DNA of 64,000 nt from an uncultured bacterium (GCA_963801165.1 CAWDDT010000011.1:256001-320000), one strand, 5' to 3'; positions 1 to 9,318 are shown, numbered from the stretch's first letter. Notes: generated by a model from the letters alone, not told the origin. Translations and numbers: made by a program.

Positions 1-981
1 CGCCGGGTTCGCGGTGGCGATGGCGTCTGCGACGTAGCCGGCGGCCATCCGCCCCGTCTCGTAGGCGTAGTCGATGCCCTCGCCGTTGAACGGATTGACC
101 GCACCGACGGCGTCGCCGACCGCCACCCAGTTGCGACCAAAGCGCGGCTGCACCGAGAGCGACATCGGCAGCTTGCCGCCGATCGGCCTGCGTACCAGCG
201 AATCGTCGCCCAACTCCCAATGCCCGGGCAGACCGGCCACATAGGCCTCCAGCAGCTCGGAGGTGTTCAGCCCCGTCCAACCCCGGAACGACGACACGAC
301 GCCGGCGCCGATGTTGATCTCGCCGTCGCCGAGCGGGAACACCCATCCGTATCCCGGCATCGACTTGCCGGTGCGGTCTTTGATCTCGAGCTGGCTCTCG
401 ATGTACGCGTCCTGCGAGTTCGGCGACTTCCAGTATCCGCGCACCGCCAGCCCGAACGGGTAGTCCTTGCGCCGCCGGGTGCCGAGCTTGCGCCCGAACC
501 GGGACAGGGAGCCGTCGGCAACAACGACATACTTCGGGATGACCACCTCGTCGTCCTCTCCGCGACGCCGCAACGTCACCGACGCGAGATCCCCCGCGTC
601 GAGGTTGGGGACGGCTTCGGCGCCGGAGACGACCACAGCACCCTGCTTCTCGGCGAGGGCAGCGACCTGCATGTCGAGGTCGCTGCGGCGCACCACCGCA
701 CCCCAATTGGGGTAGATGGTGTGCTCCGGCCACGGCATCTCGAGACGGGCATCTCCCGCATAGGCGCGCAACCCGATGATCCGGTGGTGCCCGTTGAAGT
801 CGAATCCCATATCGATGAGTTGTCGCACCGCCCGGGGCGTGAGCCCGTCACCGCAGGCCTTCTCACGCGGGTAGTGCTTCTTCTCGGCGATCAGCACCGA
901 CAGCCCGCGCCGGGCCAGCCAGTACCCGGCGGCGGCACCACCCGGGCCACCACCGACAACGAGCACATCAGGATCCGTCAT
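1..981 (-). CDS. Geranylgeranyl reductase family FAD-dependent oxidoreductase (MenJ-like menaquinone side-chain reductase); runs off the window start
   Basis: Manual translation from ATG at 981 gives MTDPDVLVVGGGPGGAAAGYWLARRGLSVLIAEKKHYPREKACGDGLTPRAV, which has the GxGxxG and REKxCGDG signatures. A later VGDAVGAVNPFNGEGIDYAYETG motif is also present. Absent from the ORF track because it has no stop in the window. Confidence 0.88.
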   Translation of the reverse strand, partial: MTDPDVLVVGGGPGGAAAGYWLARRGLSVLIAEKKHYPREKACGDGLTPRAVRQLIDMGFDFNGHHRIIGLRAYAGDARLEMPWPEHTIYPNWGAVVRRSDLDMQVAALAEKQGAVVVSGAEAVPNLDAGDLASVTLRRRGEDDEVVIPKYVVVADGSLSRFGRKLGTRRRKDYPFGLAVRGYWKSPNSQDAYIESQLEIKDRTGKSMPGYGWVFPLGDGEINIGAGVVSSFRGWTGLNTSELLEAYVAGLPGHWELGDDSLVRRPIGGKLPMSLSVQPRFGRNWVAVGDAVGAVNPFNGEGIDYAYETGRMAAGYVADAIATANPA

Positions 982-1030
982 AGACAGGCGAGCCTACCCG
1001 CTTCCGGCGTACTCAATGCCTGCATGTCGG

Positions 1031-2245
1031 GGCGGCTTCAGGTGACCAGCGCGACGGTGTGACCCTTGGAGGTGGGTTATGGGCCGTCCGAAGACTTCGT
1101 GGCTGGTAGCGCGGGAAGTGCTGTCAGCGTTGGCTCGTGGTGTGACGATTAGGGAGGCTGTGAGCGGGCAGGGTTGGGGACTCGCACGGTTGATAAGTTG
1201 ATCAGCGAGCATGGCCGGATGTGTTTTGCGATTGATTACAGGCCGCGTCGGGGTGTGTTGACTGGTGAGGAACGGGAGGAGATCCGGCTCGGTATCAGGT
1301 TGGGTGAGTCCGATACTGAGATCGCGTATCGTTTGGGAAGGCGTCGGTCGACGATCTGGCGGGAGATCGAGAACAATGGTGGCCGTCAGGGTTATTCGTC
1401 GTGGCGTGCTCACGAGCGTGCTGCGGTAAAGGCTCGCCGGCCCAGGGAACGCTGGTTTGAGAAACGATCGTGGTTGTGGGATGAGGTTGAGGAGCGTCTC
1501 AGGGAGGGTTGGTCTCCGCAGCAGATCTCAAAGCGGCTTCGCAAAGAGCATCCTGATGATGCATGCTGGTGGGTGTCACACGAGTCGATCTATCAAGCGG
1601 TCTTTGTTCAGGGTCGTGGCGAGTTACGTAAGGAACTCGGGCGATATCTACGGACCGGGCGGACCAAACGCAAACCCCGCGCTAAAGCGCAGAACGCTTC
1701 AGCAAACGGCAAGATCAAAGACATGGTCAACATGTCGCAGCGGCCGGCTGAGGTGGCAGACCGGGCTGTGCCGGGGCATTGGGAAGGAGACCTGATCATC
1801 GGTGCCACAGATTCCAAGTCGCAGGTGGCAACGTTGGTGGAACGCACTACCCGCTTCGGGATGCTGCTCCGATTGGAGAACCGCACCGCTGAACACGTCG
1901 CCGAACGTATCGTCGAAGAGATCGAGCGGCTGCCCCAAGAGCTGTTCAGATCGTTGACGTGGGACCAGGGCAAAGAGCTCGCCGGCCACGCCAGCTTCAC
2001 CGTCGCTTCCGGTATCCCAGTGTATTTCTGTGACCCGCATTCGCCGTGGCAACGGGGCACCAACGAGAACTGGAACGGATTGGTCAGGCAATACCTGCCC
2101 AAAGGAACCGACCTGTCGGTATACAGCCAAGACGAACTCCACGAGATCGCACGCAAACTCAACACAAGACCAAGAAAGACCCTCGACTGGGACACCCCAG
2201 CCGAACGACTAAACCAACTCGTCGCGACCAAACCTTGAAACCGCC
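1031..2245 (+). mobile_element. IS30-family insertion sequence
   Basis: Imperfect 26-bp terminal inverted repeats: ggcggcttcaggtgaccagcgcgacg at 1031-1056 versus the reverse complement of 2220-2245, ggcggtttcaaggtttggtcgcgacg. A 3-bp direct repeat CGG flanks it at 1028-1030 and 2246-2248, and it encloses an IS30 transposase. Confidence 0.88.
1174..2238 (+). CDS. IS30 family transposase; the true start is probably ATG 1079, separated by a 1-nt frameshift
   Basis: HTH ([16 protein letters not shown]), [54 protein letters not shown] and LNTRPRKTL are canonical IS30 DDE motifs. Confidence 0.93.
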   Translation: MGTRTVDKLISEHGRMCFAIDYRPRRGVLTGEEREEIRLGIRLGESDTEIAYRLGRRRSTIWREIENNGGRQGYSSWRAHERAAVKARRPRERWFEKRSWLWDEVEERLREGWSPQQISKRLRKEHPDDACWWVSHESIYQAVFVQGRGELRKELGRYLRTGRTKRKPRAKAQNASANGKIKDMVNMSQRPAEVADRAVPGHWEGDLIIGATDSKSQVATLVERTTRFGMLLRLENRTAEHVAERIVEEIERLPQELFRSLTWDQGKELAGHASFTVASGIPVYFCDPHSPWQRGTNENWNGLVRQYLPKGTDLSVYSQDELHEIARKLNTRPRKTLDWDTPAERLNQLVATKP

Positions 2246-2275
2246 CGGCACCGTCTACGCACGAACGGAAGGCGA

Positions 2276-3361
2276 TCAGCCGCCGGCGGCGGTGAGGCCG
2301 CAGTTTGCCTCTTCGGTGATGGGGTCGGCGCCGCCAAAGGCAACACGCTCATATAAGACAACCGATGCAATCTGCTGGTCGGTGAGGGCGCCACTAAATG
2401 AGGGCATGGGTGCCCCCGAGAAGCCGAGCACCGGTTTATTCGTATCGCCGTAGGTCGGGTTCGGCCATGCCGCGGAACCCGTGGTGACCCAGGTGATTTG
2501 ATCGGTGCAGGCAGAGAAGGTCTGGAGCACGGCGCCGCCGTTGAACGCCGGGCCCACCCCGCCGCTGCCGTCTGCGCTGTGGCAGGCGACGCACTTCTGG
2601 GTGTACGTGGCCATGCCCTGGGTGAAGAAAACGCTGCCGCTGCCACTGCAGGATTGCGTCTCACCGCTGACCGGGTTGACCGCCAGTTTGCCGGAGGCAC
2701 CACAGTTGGGTCCGTTGGGAGCGAAACCTGCGTAGAGCAGGGCGATCATGGGGATGATGACGAAGGAGGCCGCTAGCCAGCGCGGGAACCCGGCAAGAAC
2801 CCGTTCCGGTTCCTGTTCCGCCTGCGGCTCGGTCGTCTCCGCCGGCTCTGCCGCGTCCGCGGGTGTGCCCGCGGCCGGGGCGGTGGAAGGAGTCGGAGCT
2901 CCGGCCGACGGAGCTGCGGCCGAGGATACGGCCGAAGCCTCGCTGGGTGCCCCTTCCGGGCTCAGCCCCATCTCCGCCAGTACTTCATCGAGAGGTCTGC
3001 CTTCGCGCTTGGCCTTTGCGGCCGCCGAACGGCGCAACAACTTGTCGGGGAGCTTGCCGGCGCCGGCTTCCGCGGCGGGTGCAGCAGGAGCCGCCGGAGC
3101 CGCAGCCTCGGGCGGAGCAGGTGCGGCGGGAGCGGGAGCCGCAGCCTCGGGCGGAGCGGGTGCTGCCGGAGCCGGTGCTGCCGGAGCCGGTGCTGCCGGA
3201 GCGGGTGCGGCAGGAGCCGCAGGAGCCGCACCGCCTGCCCAACCGGCGACAAGTGCCTCGACGGCAATGCCCTGTGACGCAGCACGCGCCTTGGCGGCGC
3301 GCTCGAGCAGCGCTGCGGGGACACCGGTTTGTTCCGCGACTTGATTCAGCTGTTCATCCAT
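2276..3361 (-). CDS. Membrane-anchored monoheme cytochrome c with an N-terminal Ala/Pro-rich region and two helical repeat motifs
   Basis: CVACH heme motif, distal PMPSF Met, and one TM helix (WLAASFVIIPMIALLYAG). Translationally coupled to the upstream ccoNO-like gene by a TAATG overlap at 3361. Confidence 0.85.
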   Translation of the reverse strand: MDEQLNQVAEQTGVPAALLERAAKARAASQGIAVEALVAGWAGGAAPAAPAAPAPAAPAPAAPAPAAPAPPEAAAPAPAAPAPPEAAAPAAPAAPAAEAGAGKLPDKLLRRSAAAKAKREGRPLDEVLAEMGLSPEGAPSEASAVSSAAAPSAGAPTPSTAPAAGTPADAAEPAETTEPQAEQEPERVLAGFPRWLAASFVIIPMIALLYAGFAPNGPNCGASGKLAVNPVSGETQSCSGSGSVFFTQGMATYTQKCVACHSADGSGGVGPAFNGGAVLQTFSACTDQITWVTTGSAAWPNPTYGDTNKPVLGFSGAPMPSFSGALTDQQIASVVLYERVAFGGADPITEEANCGLTAAGG

Positions 3362-5355
3362 TACTTGAACCCGTTGACATAGGTGGCTAGGGCATCTAGC
3401 TCATCGGCCGAAAGGTAATCGTAGGAAGGCATCGTCGACCAGGGCCTGTCCGTGCGAGGGTTGGCCAGATGGTCGACCGTCGTCCCACCGCGAGCCGCCA
3501 GGTGCATCAGGTCGGGCCCCATCCGGGCTACGCCCAGGAGAACGGGCTCCTCGTGGGCATAATCTCCCGCTTCCGACACCGGCCCCAAACCGACATCGGT
3601 GACGATCGGACGCACCGACTGGGTGTGACAGTACATGCAACCCTCGCGGATGTAGATGTCGCGCCCGATGGCGGCGTCGCTGCCGGCCGCATACAGATGG
3701 GCGTCGTCGGCAAGGATGGTCGGAGTCGCCGCGTCACTGTCGAGCGAGGGAAGGAACACTACGAGCAGGAAAGTGCCGATGCCTACTGCGAGGGCAAAGA
3801 TGCCGACCCGGAGCGCGGTAGGCGTCTCGTCTGCGCCCACCGCCAACTCATCGTTGACTTCCTGACCGCCTGCATCCAACTGGGGATCGGCAGCGAGCAC
3901 GTCGCTCCGGTTGTCGGCAAGGAACCACGCCGTCGTCGCGTAGGAAACGAGCAGCGCCTGAGCGACGGCGTAGATCATCAGGCCGACCATGCGAACGATG
4001 GCAAAACCGTAGTTCCACATCGCATCGGCGGTGTTCTCCCAACCGTTGCCGGCGGCGACCACACCGCCCGCATCGCTCCCCGCCCAGGTGAAACCGGTGA
4101 CGACGCCACCAATGAGCATGGCGAATCCGGCCACGGCCAGACCGAGCACCGTCAGCCGGCCATGCCAGCGTTGCACGCGAACGGCGTCGGCCGTCACCAT
4201 TGGCGGCGCGACATGGAACACGTAGGCGAACAGCCAGGCACTGAAGGCGCCGAGAACGGCGATCAGCTCGACGCCATATACCCAATCGGTGAAACCGACG
4301 ATGCCTCCCGACGCCCGCAAAGCTGATGCGAGGTTGAGCACGGGGAGAGCGGCAAACAGGCCGAGGCCGAGGTAGACGAGGTTGAGCGAGTAGCGGTCCT
4401 TAGCGGCCACCTCGTCACGCCGGCCTCGCAGGAATGTCATGACGTCGGCGACGATGGTCGCCACCGGGAGCAGCAATGCCATCGAGAACATGACACCGAT
4501 GGTCTGCAACCAATTCGGTATCGCGGTGTACGTCAACTCGGCCGAGCCCGTCATGGCCCACGCGGCGCCGAGACCCCAGAATCCGACGACGGACATTCGG
4601 GTTGGCTTGAACGTGGTCAGGCCGACCAGACGCGGAACGAGGAAGTAGACGACACCGACACCTGCAGAAGCCGCCCACAATCCCATGATGCCTGCGCGGT
4701 AGAACGCAGCCAGGACCGCGGTGTTGATCCCGTGCAGCGCCGGTGGCTGCGAATAGACGATCGTCGCCAACAGAGTCAGCATGTTGAGATTGCCGATGAT
4801 GTGGAGACCAACGAGCGACAAGACCGATGCGAGGATGAACCACTCGGCCGGGCTGCGCTCCCGATCGTTGCGCTTGGCGATGGTGCGTGCGATTGAATGC
4901 GCCGTAGCCGCGAGCCCGAGCAGCACGATGAGGTCGGCCAGCGGTGGGGCCTCGAGGTAGCGCAAACCTTCGCTCGATCCCGCCAGGATGCCAAGACCGC
5001 CGATCGCATACCCGATCGACAACAAGGAGAAACCGATCTTGGCGATGATCGGATCGGTAAGCACCTCACCGACGAGCCGGGGCACCGCGTAGTACATCGC
5101 ACCGATGAGCCCGAGCGTTAGCCAGCCGTAGAGCAGAAAATGGACCGCGGCGGGGCGGAGCCGGCCGTACGACAGCCAGTTCGATCCGCTGAGCAGGTCG
5201 GGTGAGACGTATTGCACGCTGGCGATCGCCAGCATTGCCACACCGACGATGAGGAAGACGAGCGACGCCCAGAGGTGGTAGCGAGCGACGCTCTGTGAGG
5301 AAGCGGCGGGTGACACGACGCCCGCGCTGTCGTCTTGCGAAACTTCGGCGGTCAC
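3361..5355 (-). CDS. cbb3-type oxidase subunit I/II-like fusion (CcoN-like domain lacking metal ligands plus a CcoO cytochrome c domain)
   Basis: The N-terminal part follows the CcoN framework (SYGRLRP, YYAVPRL, LTYTAIPNWLQT, FTDW). The C-terminal part, GRDIYIREGCMYCHTQSVRP...RMGPDL...STMPSY, is typical CcoO. Confidence 0.85.
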   Translation of the reverse strand: MTAEVSQDDSAGVVSPAASSQSVARYHLWASLVFLIVGVAMLAIASVQYVSPDLLSGSNWLSYGRLRPAAVHFLLYGWLTLGLIGAMYYAVPRLVGEVLTDPIIAKIGFSLLSIGYAIGGLGILAGSSEGLRYLEAPPLADLIVLLGLAATAHSIARTIAKRNDRERSPAEWFILASVLSLVGLHIIGNLNMLTLLATIVYSQPPALHGINTAVLAAFYRAGIMGLWAASAGVGVVYFLVPRLVGLTTFKPTRMSVVGFWGLGAAWAMTGSAELTYTAIPNWLQTIGVMFSMALLLPVATIVADVMTFLRGRRDEVAAKDRYSLNLVYLGLGLFAALPVLNLASALRASGGIVGFTDWVYGVELIAVLGAFSAWLFAYVFHVAPPMVTADAVRVQRWHGRLTVLGLAVAGFAMLIGGVVTGFTWAGSDAGGVVAAGNGWENTADAMWNYGFAIVRMVGLMIYAVAQALLVSYATTAWFLADNRSDVLAADPQLDAGGQEVNDELAVGADETPTALRVGIFALAVGIGTFLLVVFLPSLDSDAATPTILADDAHLYAAGSDAAIGRDIYIREGCMYCHTQSVRPIVTDVGLGPVSEAGDYAHEEPVLLGVARMGPDLMHLAARGGTTVDHLANPRTDRPWSTMPSYDYLSADELDALATYVNGFK

Positions 5356-5667
5356 CGTTCCCTAGACCCTTCCTCTTTCGGCGCTCGATCGTGCTGCGAC
5401 GCGGGCAGAATAGCCAGATCGCTCCGACATTCCCGAAATCCAAATCCGCCTGCTCGACGATTCTCCATACATGGAACGGGCGGCACTGTAATCGCCCGAT
5501 ACGTGTGGTGAGAGGACCATCCGACAATCTGTCGGGCGAGCAGCGGCGAGAATGCGGCACGCCCCGTTCGAGCGCACTATGGTGCGGTCGCCAGGGGCCG
5601 GTAGGCGCCCGGGCAAAGCCGCCTAGGCTTACAATACGCGCCGTCTTGAAGAGACAAACCGGGACCA

Positions 5668-6282
5668 TTGATGGCTGAACCGAGAGACAAGAACTTCGTC
5701 CGAGGCATCATCGCCATCGGTGTCGGTGTCCTGCTGACGCTGGCCGGAGCTCTTTGGGCGCACTTCACCGGAGCGGACGAAGTCAACAGCGTCGGCCAGA
5801 AGATCTACACGCTCTTCCCCAGAGGATGGGCGTACGTGCTCCTCGGACAGCTCGTATCGATCGGCGGAGTATTCGTGGCCCTCGGAGGCGTCACGTTGGC
5901 CTTCCTCTACGAGAAGAAGATGACCTGGGCACGTGCGGCCATCGGCGCTTTCCTGTTCACGGCTTCGATGATCATCCTCTTCGGTGTGATCCCGAACCAG
6001 TGGCTCACATACGCCAGGAGCGTCTGGCAGTGGACCGACCAGAAGATCGTCGTATCGATTCCCAGCGCTTTGATCGGCGGCAATCAGGTCAGACTCTCGG
6101 CCGCGGCGCTCACGGACATCGTCAACGGTACGTATGTGGTGGTTCTCACGGCGGCGGTTGCAACCGTCATGATTCGCTATCAGAAGCGTGACGAGATCCG
6201 GGCGAGCCGCCAGCAAAAGCAGCAGGCATCCGCAGACAACACGAGCGCGTTCGGCCGACCACTGCGGAAGGTAGAGCGCTGA
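5668..6282 (+). CDS. Hypothetical integral membrane protein, first gene of the Rieske/cytochrome b operon
   Basis: About 4 hydrophobic segments; its stop overlaps the ferredoxin start (TGATG). Confidence 0.75.
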   Translation: MMAEPRDKNFVRGIIAIGVGVLLTLAGALWAHFTGADEVNSVGQKIYTLFPRGWAYVLLGQLVSIGGVFVALGGVTLAFLYEKKMTWARAAIGAFLFTASMIILFGVIPNQWLTYARSVWQWTDQKIVVSIPSALIGGNQVRLSAAALTDIVNGTYVVVLTAAVATVMIRYQKRDEIRASRQQKQQASADNTSAFGRPLRKVER

Positions 6283-6725
6283 TGGCGGGCGACCCCTGGA
6301 CCGAGCTGATCCACACCCGTGACGACTATCAACTCGCCATGGTCGACGGCTCGTACCTCACCGCCGCGGTCAAGCCCAAGCAGTTTCTCCACATCAACGA
6401 GGCCGAATGCATCCTGTGCGAGGGGTGCGTCGACATCTGCCCGTGGAAATGCATCCACTATCTGTCGATGGACGCCATAGCCGAGGCGGATGGGGTCGAC
6501 GACCCGCACGACGCACCGGAGAACGGTGGCTTCTTCATTGTCGACGAGGACGCGTGCACCCGGTGTGCCTTGTGCATCGACCGGTGCCCCACCGGTGTCA
6601 TCTCGCTCGGCAAGTTCGCCGGGTCGGTTGCCGCACAGGCCGAGCAGTTCGACTCCAAGCCATGGGAGTACGACACCGGCGACCGGGATTGGAAGAACGG
6701 CTATATGTATGGAATCCGCTGGTAG
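6282..6725 (+). CDS. 2x[4Fe-4S] dicluster ferredoxin
   Basis: CILCEGCVDICP and CTRCALCIDRCP motifs. Confidence 0.93.
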   Translation: MAGDPWTELIHTRDDYQLAMVDGSYLTAAVKPKQFLHINEAECILCEGCVDICPWKCIHYLSMDAIAEADGVDDPHDAPENGGFFIVDEDACTRCALCIDRCPTGVISLGKFAGSVAAQAEQFDSKPWEYDTGDRDWKNGYMYGIRW

Positions 6726-6753
6726 CGGTTGAGAGATTGAGGGAGAGAACAGG

Positions 6754-7530
6754 TTGGCAAACGGAAACGGACGGGTAGGGCTGAAGGATCGCCTCTCCCA
6801 GACCGGTGATCGCATCCGCAACAGCCAGCTCTGGTCGAGCATATTCCGGCCTGGGTCACCGCTACGGCACGGCTATACGGACTCGCCGCGGAACCGCTCC
6901 TACGTCATCATGAACAACGTGCTCTATCACTTGCACCCGGTGAAGGTGAAGCGGCACGCCGTTCGACTCTCTTATACATTGTGTCTCGGTGGCCTCAGCT
7001 TCTTCCTCTTCATCCTGCTGACGATCACCGGCATCTTCCTCATGTTCTACTACCGGCCGACGTCGCCGCAGGCCTACCTGGACATCCAGGCTCTCTCCAC
7101 CGACGTTGCCTTCGGCCAGTTGGTGAGAAACATGCACCGGTGGGGTGCCCACCTCATGGTGCTGACGGTGTTCTTACACATGGCCCGCGTCTTCTACCAC
7201 GGCGCTTATAAACCACCCCGCGAGTTCAACTGGGTGGTGGGCATCGTGCTGCTGCTGCTCACCCTGCTGCTCTCCTTCACCGGCTACCTGCTCCCCTGGG
7301 ACCAGCTGGCGTTGTGGGCAGTGACGGTCGGCTCCAACATGGCGGGTTACTCCCCGGTCATCGGGAGCCAGGTGTCGTTCGCCCTGGTCGGGGGGGTGCA
7401 GATCACCCCAAGCACGTTGCTGCGATGGTACGTACTGCACGTGTTGTTCTTACCGTTCATTATCGTCGTCTTCATGGCCGTACACTTCTGGCGGGTCCGT
7501 AAGGACGGCGGGATCTCGGGGCCGCTCTAA
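6754..7530 (+). CDS. Cytochrome b6-type (N-terminal, split) cytochrome b of a Rieske/cytb complex; Geobacter ExtP-like
   Basis: [52 protein letters not shown] and YVLHV...AVHFW, with four heme-b His residues. Only 258 aa long. Confidence 0.92.
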   Translation: MANGNGRVGLKDRLSQTGDRIRNSQLWSSIFRPGSPLRHGYTDSPRNRSYVIMNNVLYHLHPVKVKRHAVRLSYTLCLGGLSFFLFILLTITGIFLMFYYRPTSPQAYLDIQALSTDVAFGQLVRNMHRWGAHLMVLTVFLHMARVFYHGAYKPPREFNWVVGIVLLLLTLLLSFTGYLLPWDQLALWAVTVGSNMAGYSPVIGSQVSFALVGGVQITPSTLLRWYVLHVLFLPFIIVVFMAVHFWRVRKDGGISGPL

Positions 7531-8465
7531 TGGCGGGACTACCTGATCACATACTGCGTCGCTCCGCCGAGGCACGAGCCAAAGCGGAAGGTCGTGACGT
7601 CGAAGAGGTGTTCGCCGAGATGAAGGGGGAGGCGCCTCCCCAACCAGCGGCACCCGCAGAACCAGCAGCGACACCGGCAGAGACCGAACCAACGCCCTCC
7701 GTGGCGGAACCAGAGCCACCGGCGGTCGCCGAGCCCGCGTCGGTACCGGCGGCCGGCAGCGCGGCACGCGACCTCGAGGCCGAATCGAAACAATACGGAG
7801 TGCCGGTCCGGATCTTGCAGCGAGCCATGGAAGCCCGCGCCCGGCGGGAAGGCCGGGAGCTGGTAACGGCAGGGGCACCGGCAGCGCAAGCTGCCACGGC
7901 AGCGGCCGCGACCCCAACCGGCCCGGCCGCGTCAGCCGCGGTCGCGGCGGCACCGGTTATCCCCGAGGGTGTGACCACCCAGCGTTTGCTAACGGTGGTC
8001 AAGGCCGGAGCGATCCAGCAGGTCAAGAGCACCCCGACCGACAAGGTCAGCGTGTGGCCTCACCTGCTTGCGATCGAGTTCGTGGCGCTCATGGTCGTCC
8101 TGGGCGGTCTCATCGTTTTCTCGGTGTTCGTCAACGCTCCGCTTCTCGAGCTCGCCAACTTCAACGAGCAGCCCAACCCATCAAAGGCACCGTGGTACTT
8201 CCTCGGTCTTCAGGAGATGCTCTCCTACTTCGACCCGCAGGTCGCAGGTGTGCTCATTCCCGGTTTCGGTCTGGTGGCATTGGGCATGATCCCCTATGTG
8301 GACAAGAACCCTGCGGTCAAACCATCCGACCGAAAGCTCGCGATCATGATCTTCAGCTTCTTCCTCTTCGGAGCCTCGATTCTCACCATCTACGGTTCGT
8401 TTTTCCGGGGCCCCGGTTTCAACTTCGTGTTCCCGTGGCGGGACGGGATCTTCTTCGACTTCTGA
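7530..8465 (+). CDS. Cytochrome b6-f subunit IV-like protein (C-terminal half of cytochrome b; ExtQ-like) with a long N-terminal extension
   Basis: VWPHLL, APLLELAN, PNPSKAPWYFLGLQEML (PEWY equivalent), IPYVD and GSFFRGPG; 3 TM helices. Confidence 0.88.
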   Translation: MAGLPDHILRRSAEARAKAEGRDVEEVFAEMKGEAPPQPAAPAEPAATPAETEPTPSVAEPEPPAVAEPASVPAAGSAARDLEAESKQYGVPVRILQRAMEARARREGRELVTAGAPAAQAATAAAATPTGPAASAAVAAAPVIPEGVTTQRLLTVVKAGAIQQVKSTPTDKVSVWPHLLAIEFVALMVVLGGLIVFSVFVNAPLLELANFNEQPNPSKAPWYFLGLQEMLSYFDPQVAGVLIPGFGLVALGMIPYVDKNPAVKPSDRKLAIMIFSFFLFGASILTIYGSFFRGPGFNFVFPWRDGIFFDF

Positions 8466-8481
8466 GTAAAGGACCAGGCAA

Positions 8482-9318
8482 TTGGATGCAACGACAATCC
8501 TGACAATCGCCCTGATCGGCGTCGGGGTCGTGGTCGCGGCCGGGGTGGTTGCAGTGGCCTGGCGCCGCGGGCCGAGTGCGTCGCCGATCGTAGGCGAGTT
8601 CGACCGAGCTGCCGCCAAGCGCGACGTGTCCGCACAGGCCGCCATCGAGACCCAGGACGAGGCCACCGTGGTGGCGGAACATGTCGAGGACGAGCCGATC
8701 ATCATCGCCGACAACCGCAAGGTCGTATCCCCCGAGGAGCTCGGTGTGACCCGCCGGATGTTCCTCAACCGGTCCGCCTTCGGGCTCTTTGTCGGCGGGT
8801 TCTTCGCGACACTCGGTATATCGATCCTCGACTTCATGTGGCCAAAGCTCAAGGGCGGCTTCGGCACGAAGGTCAACCTTGGCCTGCTCGATGACCTACG
8901 GACGCAGGTCCTGCCGGGCGACGGCACCATTCACCCACTGTTCGTGCCCGAGGCGCAGACGTGGCTCGTGCCGATGGACGCAAAAGACATCCCCGGATCG
9001 TCGTTCGAGGGTCTGCCGGTGGTTGTCGGCACCGACGGTGGCAACACCGGGCTGATGTCGCTGTGGCAGAAGTGCGTCCACCTCGGCTGTCGGGTACCCG
9101 ATTGCTCGTCCTCGCAGGGTTTCGAGTGCCCGTGTCACGGCTCCAAGTACAACTACCACGGTGAGTACGAGGCGGGGCCGGCACCGCGCAATCTCGATCG
9201 GTTCACCGTCTCGGTCGACGATGCCGGCAACATGATCGCCGACACCGGAGCGGTGATAAAGACGCCGCGAGCCAAGCACAAGACCATCGCCTATCCCCAG
9301 GGGCCGTCCTGCCTGTGA
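8482..9318 (+). CDS. Rieske 2Fe-2S subunit of menaquinol:cytochrome c reductase
   Basis: CVHLGC and CPCHGSKY boxes, GPAPRNL, and an internal twin-arginine motif TRRMFL. Confidence 0.95.
   Translation: MDATTILTIALIGVGVVVAAGVVAVAWRRGPSASPIVGEFDRAAAKRDVSAQAAIETQDEATVVAEHVEDEPIIIADNRKVVSPEELGVTRRMFLNRSAFGLFVGGFFATLGISILDFMWPKLKGGFGTKVNLGLLDDLRTQVLPGDGTIHPLFVPEAQTWLVPMDAKDIPGSSFEGLPVVVGTDGGNTGLMSLWQKCVHLGCRVPDCSSSQGFECPCHGSKYNYHGEYEAGPAPRNLDRFTVSVDDAGNMIADTGAVIKTPRAKHKTIAYPQGPSCL

Noticed and set aside
220-1062. 280-aa plus-strand ORF
   Set aside because: Antisense shadow of the minus-strand geranylgeranyl reductase gene.
3060-3235. 15-nt GC-rich tandem repeats
   Set aside because: They encode an Ala/Pro linker (APAAP) of the cytochrome c and are not an independent element.
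5356-5667. Rex boxes or a riboswitch in the divergent respiratory promoter region
   Set aside because: No TGTGAA/TTCACA palindrome or recognisable aptamer was found by eye.
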